A stretch of DNA of 64,000 bases. Source: Haliotis rufescens (lineage: Eukaryota). The stretch lies in contig NW_025963815.1 in NCBI RefSeq assembly GCF_023055435.1, positions 558,001 through 622,000 of the forward strand, given 5' to 3'. Each line of letters opens with the position of its first letter. The stretch's first letter is position 1. The translations under genes and the position numbers were made by a program. The notes beneath the pieces were generated by a model. That model did no database searches, was not told where the DNA came from, and saw only the letters and a program-made list of their open reading frames with translations. This document shows positions 56,254 to 64,000 of this stretch, piece after piece.

Positions 56254-57134
56254 GGGTTACAGGCCGGCAAAGCCACATTTCGAAAATAGATAGCCCAAAT
56301 TGATGTGGCTCTCGCGGCAATGGTTATGGTTGCGTGATTGTATAATGTGACTCTCGCGGCTATGCTGTCAAAACATGCTTTGTGATTCTAACAGGTTACC
56401 GTATATAACAAAACAAGTCTTGTTTTCTCATTTTTTATTCAACAAGGATAACAGTAACATATTCATCAAAACTTTACATTGATGAATATGAATAGCATAT
56501 GAATAGCATAATGGATTTTAGGTCATTACTGCAGAAGAAAGGTGGCCGCCCACGTGGTCAGCATATTCCATCTCACTCAGGTGTTGGTTCAGGAGCTGGA
56601 TCTTGAGGGACGCAATACGTGCATCGATTGCCTTGTACTTCTTTCTTCGTGAAGGTTCTGACCACTGGTGAGAGAGTCTCAGGACTGTAACCACTTTGAG
56701 TGACTGCTCTCGCTGAAATAGCTTCACTACCTCGTAGATGGTCGGGTGGCACTTCTTGGCAAGCTCCCTTAGTTCGTCCCCCACCCACTCTTGGCATTCT
56801 TTCCAAATTTCAAAATTACTATATAAGCAACCCCTAAAGCCCCCCTCCTGGGTTGCACAAACTCACTTTCCCCTTTTTGGAAACACATTAAATGGCCTGG
56901 CCGGGCCCGTGTGCGACATACGCTTGCAGTCGGAAAGCGCACGTTAAATCTCCAATATAAGTAAGTAAGTAAGTAACACCACGCTTAGTAATTTAAATGT
57001 GGGACACTCATTTAAAGGTATCGGTAATCGGATTAAGAAATTACCCGCTAGATTAGGTGAAATGCACTCAGCTGAAAATGTGGCTCTACCGGCAATAGCC
57101 ATTTCTGAAATGTGGCTCTCCCGGCTAGACACCC
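56254..57134 (-). mobile_element. Non-autonomous DNA transposon with MULE-like transposase C-terminal remnant
   Basis: ORF 56518-56784 (HPTIYEVVKLFQREQ...RRKKYKAIDARI). Imperfect terminal inverted repeats (GCCGGxxAGCCACATTTC) flanked by a CTAATT direct repeat. Confidence 0.55.
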
Positions 57135-58199
57135 CTAATTGCCAGCAACTAAGTCAACGATCCAACCCAATCAGCCACCGACGTTAAAAAAATGAAATTC
57201 CGACAACTGGTAGTGTAGATCACGTACATTGTGTACCCCTCTGACAAGTGTAGCTTGTGACGAGCTTATGACGTAATATAATAACGCGCACATTCCAGGA
57301 AACATGCAGTGTTCATGTACCGTTTGTGAGAAATCCTTTTCGATGAATGTAAGAATGACATAAAATGTAGGTAATCATTCGTGTTTGTTGGGATGGCGGA
57401 TATCCTGTAACAGGAATAAGCACTATGGTGCCCGCCAACATTCGCGAAATACAAGTACATAATAAATGATCTCTTCTATTTATGCTACAAGAAACCACTC
57501 CAGCAAATGTTTGTGCATCTAGTAGAGTGATTAACACGAGAAGCTGAGATTAGCCCAAGAAGCAGACACCGTGCCACATCGGGCGTGGGCGGGAGGTAGG
57601 AATGATGTAGGTACACACGAAGAGAGAACCTAATGAGCCCCAGCCCTGACACAGACCTCGAACAGGAAACTATTTATATACGTTTTGAGTGAGTGATTAT
57701 TGCTTAACGTCACATCAGCAAGTAATATTCGTAGACCAATGCGCATCATAGCTTGAAGATCTCCATTGCGAGCTGTAAGACAAAGTTTGACCTCGATGGG
57801 TACAATAGGACTTGGTTACTTTTGTTCACTCACTCACTCACTCACTCAGCACAACTGACAAAATTCAATTCATGCTGTGGTATAAACAGATAGCAAATGT
57901 TTTAATGCTAATCGTCTTTATTCTACACTGGTTCCACAACTACATACTACATACTACAGCTACATACTACAGTGGTATATATTTACATGGATGGGAAACT
58001 ATCTGCCCATTGCAGGCATCTTCTATGTACAACAGAAAACCTGTGCATCTACAGTGGAAGTGGACAAGAGTCTGTTTGTTTGTCCAGCCATGTCATTGTA
58101 GATCAGTGCTAAATATGTCAATGCTTTTGTAGAAGTCACACATATGTCTCTTTCTTCGCACGTCATTGCGAGGTCTTTAATATCTAGAGGACAGAGTGT

Positions 58200-58673
58200 C
58201 TATTTGTCTGGGTAGGGTCCGGCCATGACCTTGGAGATGAAGTCCTCGTACTTGACGTTGCCCTCCAGATCCTCTCTCAAGTCGGTGCACTTGATGATGT
58301 CGTCCATCTGGGTGTCGGTCAGTCTGTCTCCCAGAGATGTCAGAACGTGCCTCAGCTCAGCAGATGAGATGAAGCCCTGGCCCTCCCTGTCGAATGTCTT
58401 GAAAGCCTCCATGAAGTCGGCGTAGGTGCCTGTGTCCTTGATCTGCATGACGGTCTGGTAGATGGGCAGGAACTCCTCCAGTTTGTAGTTCTTCTCTCCA
58501 AACTTCTCCACACCGCCGTTCTTCATGATGGTGGTCATGGTAGGGTTGAGGCCCAGACAGTACAACATGTCGCCGGTCTTGGCAGCGTCGACGGCGCCAT
58601 CACGACCATCCCAGAAATCGAAAAGATCGAACACCTCGGTGACCTCCTCGATTTCATCCTTTGATAGTTGAGG
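58200..58673 (-). CDS. Myosin essential light chain, copy 4, main coding exon; complement(join(58200..58673,59464..59466))
   Basis: Protein identical to copies 2, 3 and 5; AATAAA on the minus strand at 57917-57922. Confidence 0.96.
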   Translation of the reverse strand, partial: PQLSKDEIEEVTEVFDLFDFWDGRDGAVDAAKTGDMLYCLGLNPTMTTIMKNGGVEKFGEKNYKLEEFLPIYQTVMQIKDTGTYADFMEAFKTFDREGQGFISSAELRHVLTSLGDRLTDTQMDDIIKCTDLREDLEGNVKYEDFISKVMAGPYPDK

Positions 58674-58754
58674 CTGAAACACAAAACACAGATATCAGCA
58701 ACAAAGCATTGAACATCCACTGAAGAACATGTCCCGTTTATGAAGTTCAAGGGG

Positions 58755-58996
58755 GTGAGTGAGTGAGTTATATTCCAGTTATATCATGGCGTGTCAGCCG
58801 AATGACGGAGAAAGTGATGCAGGTCTCAGACGTTTATCACTTTGGTGAAACCCACGAGCACGGGTATGGTGCTGACAAACCTTGAAACGTAATTGGAGCG
58901 AAACGGGAATCGAACCCACAAACATAGATTTCTGGAATGCCTAAGGGACGCAACTCTGCACAGCGAATTACAACGCCTTAGACGACTGGGGCACCT
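58755..58996 (-). mobile_element. SINE family D copy in the copy 4 intron
   Basis: Aligns to 581-858. Confidence 0.82.
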
Positions 58997-59463
58997 TTTG
59001 ACTCAAGTCTGCAGTGTGTGATGAATAACTTTGGCTGCAGTAAGTTAACAAAATTTATAGCAGTAACTGATCAACAATATAAACGATGATAACAGCAATG
59101 TTCAGTATATGAAGATGATTAGGTAATTTTAAACAGAAGTAGAGAGACCCGTGAAGGTCCGGCAGAGAATTGGTCTTCAGATACCCATGCTTGTAAGAGG
59201 CGATTAACAGGATTGGGTGATCAGGCTCGCTGACTTGGTTGATGCATGTCATCGTATCCCAACTGCGTAGATAGATGCTCTTGATGTCAATCACTGGATT
59301 GCCTGTCCAGCAGATTATTTACAGACCGCCGTCTTAGAGCTGGAATATTGCTGAGTGTGGCATTAAACAAACAGACGATAGTGATGGTGTGTGCTGATTG
59401 TAGACGTCTATAGAAACAACACTCCACAGACTCTGATCCAGCCTGGATCTGTTGTAAACTCAC

Positions 59464-59620
59464 CATGTTTCTAGCAGGGTCTGCTTGAGTCTGACAACCG
59501 AAAAACTGAGGGCAGGTGCTTGTTGAGTGATGACTGTTAACCGTTGTCCGAGCTTCTTATACCCAGCGGACACACACCCCCACCACCCCTCCCCCTATTC
59601 CCTCGCTGACGAGCCATGTG
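59464..59620 (-). promoter_or_regulatory. ATG-only exon 1, TATA box and E-box of ELC copy 4
   Basis: aacATG|GTGAGT (59464-59466), GGGTATAAGAA (TATA 59554-59561), CACATGGCTC (core 59615-59620). Intron 58674-59463. Confidence 0.85.
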
Positions 59621-60279
59621 TCCGGCGCGTGGTCCCGACCCCCGTTCATCCCCCCGCACCCCTGGGGTGACCCAGCAGGCGTATAGAGGCACATGCTGGT
59701 ATCGGAGGCTCATTACGATTAGATTATATAAGAACTGAGGACAGTGGAGCTTCTAATGGATGGACGATGTACACTAGATGCCCTTACGTTATGCTGATGA
59801 GAAAAGGATGATGTTAGTTATGTAATCGTTGTTCACAAACATGCGTAGTATTAGTTTGTAATAGCCTATAACCATTTACCAGTTTACTATTCTCGGGAAC
59901 TTTCTAAATGTGTAAACATACACATCTCTATCTGTTGATCATAAATAACTGACAAAGACATCGAAGCTTCACAATGTATTTTTTAACTGTTTGATAATAC
60001 GACATGCTATAAACCATAAGTTGTTAGCCATATGCATTTTTTTATTCCTGAATGAATATCATGATATACAATGACTACGTAATTGTGTTTTAAGAACCCC
60101 GGTCGTAACAGAGTTAGTGTCGGGGTGTAATTTATTGATCACTTGATCCACAGGTTATATCAATTATTAACGGGAAGAAAACGCTACGTTTTACCTTACT
60201 TGATAACATAAACTTGAAAATCAAAACACCAGCAATAATAAGAGTGTGAAATGGTTTCATTGATGGCTTTATTCAGAGA

Positions 60280-60780
60280 GACAAAACACTCTCCACAAGA
60301 CTGTATAAAAAGAGGGATGACTTCAACTTAATATTCAATTTCTCTTATGTCGAGCAATATTCCTGCAGCTCCATCCTTTGATTTCAAAACTAAATTTCAC
60401 AACTTTTGAGGGACAATCGAGCATGTTTTTACTAAGAAGGTTTCAAAGAGCGTCATACTAATTTTGCTCAGAAGTTGCTTGATCAAGGTTACAACATTCA
60501 AGGCCTCAGTAAAGCTTTCAAAAAGTATTATGGTGAAGATGATGAGCACAATTCCAAATTTGATGCATCAGTGACCAAAATGATGTCCGATACAATTCGT
60601 TATTTTGACTTGAACCATATGTTCCCGTGTGATGTTTTTTTCATGTGAACAATTGACTTGCCTTTGCATGTGTTTGTGACGGATGCCACCAGGATACGCC
60701 CACTTTCTCGCCAATATCAAGTATCATCAGAAAATTAATTATTCATAAACACATGCTCATCATATCGTCGGACGCACTAT
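60280..60780 (+). mobile_element. Second copy of the same RT fragment, between divergent ELC copies 4 and 5
   Basis: CTCTCCACAAGACTGTAT...CAATATTCCTGCAGCTCC...GCATCAGTGACCAAAATGATGTCCGAT is shared with 44620-44920. Confidence 0.65.
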
Positions 60781-61638
60781 GGAATCCTTAAGATTAAAGA
60801 TTCCTGAAGATTATGGAAATGTTTTGACGCTTATTATGATTAATCACAAAACCAAACAAACTTCAGTTGCTGTAGTTGTAGATGCGGTCTTCTGCAAGAT
60901 GACCTCACTGTTATTTTAAAAAATAATGTACACAATTCAAGATCTATCTCCGTGTAGCTGTCAACAAACATCCGACAAACAAATGATAAATTTGTTGTGA
61001 CTAAATACTTGATTATTATCCCCAGTTCCTGGATCCTGGGAAGGTCGTATAAAGAAAAGAAGAGAAAATTATATGCGTTTAGTGATGATGTAATATTTCT
61101 GAAGATATGAAAAAAGATATTTCAATCGAACTGAAATAATAACGGGGAATAACACTTTATTCTGGAATGTCATTATGATTTTCGACGAAGATTAGTAAAA
61201 AGATACACAATAAATCTAGCATATGACATTTATTGTCAAGTGACATGATTATTTCGTCTTGTGACTTGAAAAGAGGACAGTTTCAATCATGAAGATATCA
61301 GTATTATGTGGGTTTTTGGATAATATTAATCTGCTTTTATTTATTTACAAGTATTAATATGCAACGCCATGCGGCAGAAAACGAGCAAAATGCCCTAGAA
61401 AAGCCCCAGTACATCATCGTCACAAATTATCGCATAATTAACATGTGTCATCGAAGTTTAAGAATTGTAAACATTTTTCAACAAATTCTTTGTCAAAGTT
61501 AACTCGATATCGGATATAATGTACACATAAGCATGGAGGAGATGGGGAAATAGTTTATCATGATGCAATGGGCGTGGCTTGGAAGCTACCCAAGTGTATC
61601 TTGTCAGTACCCCCGCGGTGCGGTGAGGTCACTGGGGT

Positions 61639-61729
61639 TACAAATACGACCGGACAGCATCCTGACTTCACAACCCTCCCTGCAGCCGCTGAATCACTTG
61701 GTCTGTCCAGCTCCTCAAGTCGCATCATG
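61639..61729 (+). promoter_or_regulatory. ATG-only exon 1 and non-canonical TATA of ELC copy 5
   Basis: atcATG|GTAAGA (61727-61729), TACAAATA 88 bp upstream, TGATGCAAT at 61561-61569. Intron 61730-62344. Confidence 0.7.
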
Positions 61730-61954
61730 GTAAGAATAACTGACGCCACCTTTATTTTACTTCTGGTCTACATGCAGAGTTGCGTCCCTTATCCTGCCAG
61801 GATATTCTGGTCGTGTGTTCGAATCATAGGTCATCCCCGACAATACTCGACAAGCCATCGTCTTGCTGTTGTGTCTACGAACTGACATGCCACTCACTAA
61901 CTCACTCACTGATTTATCATATTTGCTCTCATACGCCGATAATAGGTTCGACGC

Positions 61955-61958
<4 letters not shown>

Positions 61959-62040
<82 letters not shown>
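61959..62040. repeat. (CA)n microsatellite in the copy 5 intron
   Basis: Read directly. Confidence 0.98.
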
Positions 62041-62042
<2 letters not shown>

Positions 62043-62344
62043 ATCCTGGCACCTATTGAGGATGTAGATTGTCGGAATATTGTTGATGAAAGCGTACACT
62101 CACTACCTCATTCGCTATTAGATTTCACTTTCCAATGCTAATTGGAAAAACAAGAATTCAGAAAGCATATTTAAGAAATTGAAATTTTAATGTATTTTTT
62201 TCCTTGAATGGTTTAAGAAAAATGACGTTGTTTGAACTGGGATACGTAACGTAACCTGCCAGAGTTGTGCACAGTTTAGACTGAATATATAATCATTCTT
62301 TGTTCCTATATTTGTATTCTGATAACGTGTCATTTGTGTTTCAG

Positions 62345-62818
62345 CCTCAACTATCAAAAGACGAAATCGAGGAGGTCACCGAGGTGTTCGATCTTTTCGA
62401 TTTCTGGGATGGTCGTGATGGCGCCGTCGACGCTGCCAAGACCGGCGACATGTTGTACTGTCTGGGCCTCAACCCTACCATGACCACCATCATGAAGAAC
62501 GGAGGTGTGGAGAAGTTCGGAGAGAAGAACTACAAACTGGAGGAGTTCCTGCCCATCTACCAGACCGTCATGCAGATCAAGGACACAGGCACCTACGCCG
62601 ACTTCATGGAGGCTTTCAAGACATTCGACAGGGAAGGCCAGGGCTTCATCTCATCTGCTGAGCTGAGGCACGTTCTGACATCTCTGGGAGACAGACTGAC
62701 CGACACCCAGATGGACGACATCATCAAGTGCACCGACTTGAGAGAGGATCTGGAGGGCAACGTCAAGTACGAGGACTTCATCTCCAAGGTCATGGCCGGA
62801 CCCTACCCAGACAAATAG
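62345..62818 (+). CDS. Myosin essential light chain, copy 5, main coding exon; join(61727..61729,62345..62818)
   Basis: Protein identical to copies 2-4; 3'UTR alignable with copy 4; AATAAA at 63127-63132. Confidence 0.96.
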   Translation, partial: PQLSKDEIEEVTEVFDLFDFWDGRDGAVDAAKTGDMLYCLGLNPTMTTIMKNGGVEKFGEKNYKLEEFLPIYQTVMQIKDTGTYADFMEAFKTFDREGQGFISSAELRHVLTSLGDRLTDTQMDDIIKCTDLREDLEGNVKYEDFISKVMAGPYPDK

Positions 62819-63229
62819 ACACTCTGTCCTCTAGATATTAAAGACCTCGCAATGACGTGCGAAGAAAGAGACATTTGTGTAACTGTTACAAAAGCATTGA
62901 CATATTTAACACTGATCTACAGTGACATGGCTGAACAAACAAATAGACTCTTGTTCACTTCCACTGTAGATGCACAGGTTGTCTGTTGTACATAGAAGAT
63001 GTAAAGGCTGTAAAGGGTACTTAGTTTCTCTTTCCCCGTGTACATATACACCACTGTAGTATTTATGTCGATACATTTAGTCGTAATGTACTATGTAGTA
63101 TTTTGTAGTCACTAGAACCAGCGTACAATAAAAATGATTAGCATGAAAATGTTTACTGTCTTTATAATAACAAAATCTAAGAAGTCTGCTGATATGAACA
63201 CGTACATGCGTGGATCAGGTTAACCAATT

Positions 63230-64000
63230 TGGGAATCAAACCCACCGTCAGTACATGGTTGCGTACAGGACGCTCGTTGTCCTACTGAAATACACCTTTG
63301 CCGTTGGCTGCAGTTGGGAGGACGTGTGGTAGGAGAATTTCGTTGATGTATCGTTGAGCCGTAAGATATGGACCAAACCTGTCCTTTCATGATGAGAGAT
63401 AGTCGCCCACATTATAACGCTACCCCAACCAAACCCGTCCACTTCCTGTACGCAGTTTCCGGCGTAACGTTCTCCCCAACGTCTGTTGACCCGTTCTCTT
63501 CCATCCCTGGAAGGAGAAGAAATCTTGATTCGTCGCTGAACCTGACATTTCTCCATAGCAGTTGAGTCCATACCCTGTGTTGACGACACCAATGCAGTCG
63601 ATGTTGACTCAACATGACGCGTCGAACAGGACGTCTTGCTCGTAGACCTGCTGTTCTTAAGCGGCTTCGTACGGTCTGGTCGGAGATTCTGCGCAGTCCG
63701 GGTATTTGGGATGCGGTTGAGTGGCTGTGGTCCTCCTTTCACGAAGGTGGCGCAGTCGGATGTAGCGATTTTGGGCGGAGGTGGGGGTACTTTTGGTTGT
63801 CCCGTGTTAACCCATGCTGTTGAAACCGATCGAATAGCCTTGTGATGGCGCTACTTTGAAAACCCTGGCTACAGTTGATCGGGATTCCCCTACCTGCAAG
63901 CTGCCAATGACGTTGTTTCTTTGCACTTCTGTTAATCATGGCATGTTGTTGAACTGTCACTGTTCGATTGTCACAGATGGCAGGCAATCAAACAACCTGC
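63230..64000 (-). pseudogene. Frameshifted Tc1-family transposase remnant
   Basis: WRNVRFSDESRF and GSVIMWATISHHERTGLV motifs fall in different frames; an HTH-like N-terminal part lies at 63739-63987. Confidence 0.82.

Noticed and set aside
62300-62344. ORF-track N-termini (MFLYLYSD..., MFQPQ, MSFVFQ)
   Set aside because: These are read-through into the intron polypyrimidine tract; the true Met is supplied by exon 1.
40018-62818. ELC copies as assembly or haplotype false duplications
   Set aside because: Introns, promoters and flanks differ, orientations differ, and each copy carries its own combination of synonymous variants.

Overview
This is eukaryotic, repeat-rich DNA from a mollusc, probably a gastropod such as abalone (inferred from the protein and SINE types). 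The only supportable host genes are five copies of the molluscan Ca2+-binding myosin essential light chain (ELC; [10 protein letters not shown]-hand I loop, C-terminal GPYPDK), oriented + - - - +. Each has a TATA-driven first exon whose only coding content is ATG, one intron (0.6-6.8 kb) and an uninterrupted 474-bp coding exon. Copies 2-5 encode an identical 158-aa protein; copy 1 differs at 11 residues. Coding exons are nearly identical even at synonymous sites and share variants in a mosaic pattern, while introns, most promoters and some 3'UTRs are unrelated, which points to exon-limited gene conversion. Copy 3 has a ~3.6-kb satellite inside its 3'UTR, grown from a short seed still visible in copy 4, followed by an orphan diverged 3'UTR duplicate. 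The rest is tandem arrays (22, 73/44, 33, 39, 27, 49, ~120 and 25/32 bp units), four SINE-like families, and Tc1, MULE-like and Penelope-like remnants. One SINE-like family has a non-tRNA pseudoknot-like head, and the 49-bp array derives from the interior of another. The long repetitive ORFs are artefacts of the arrays.
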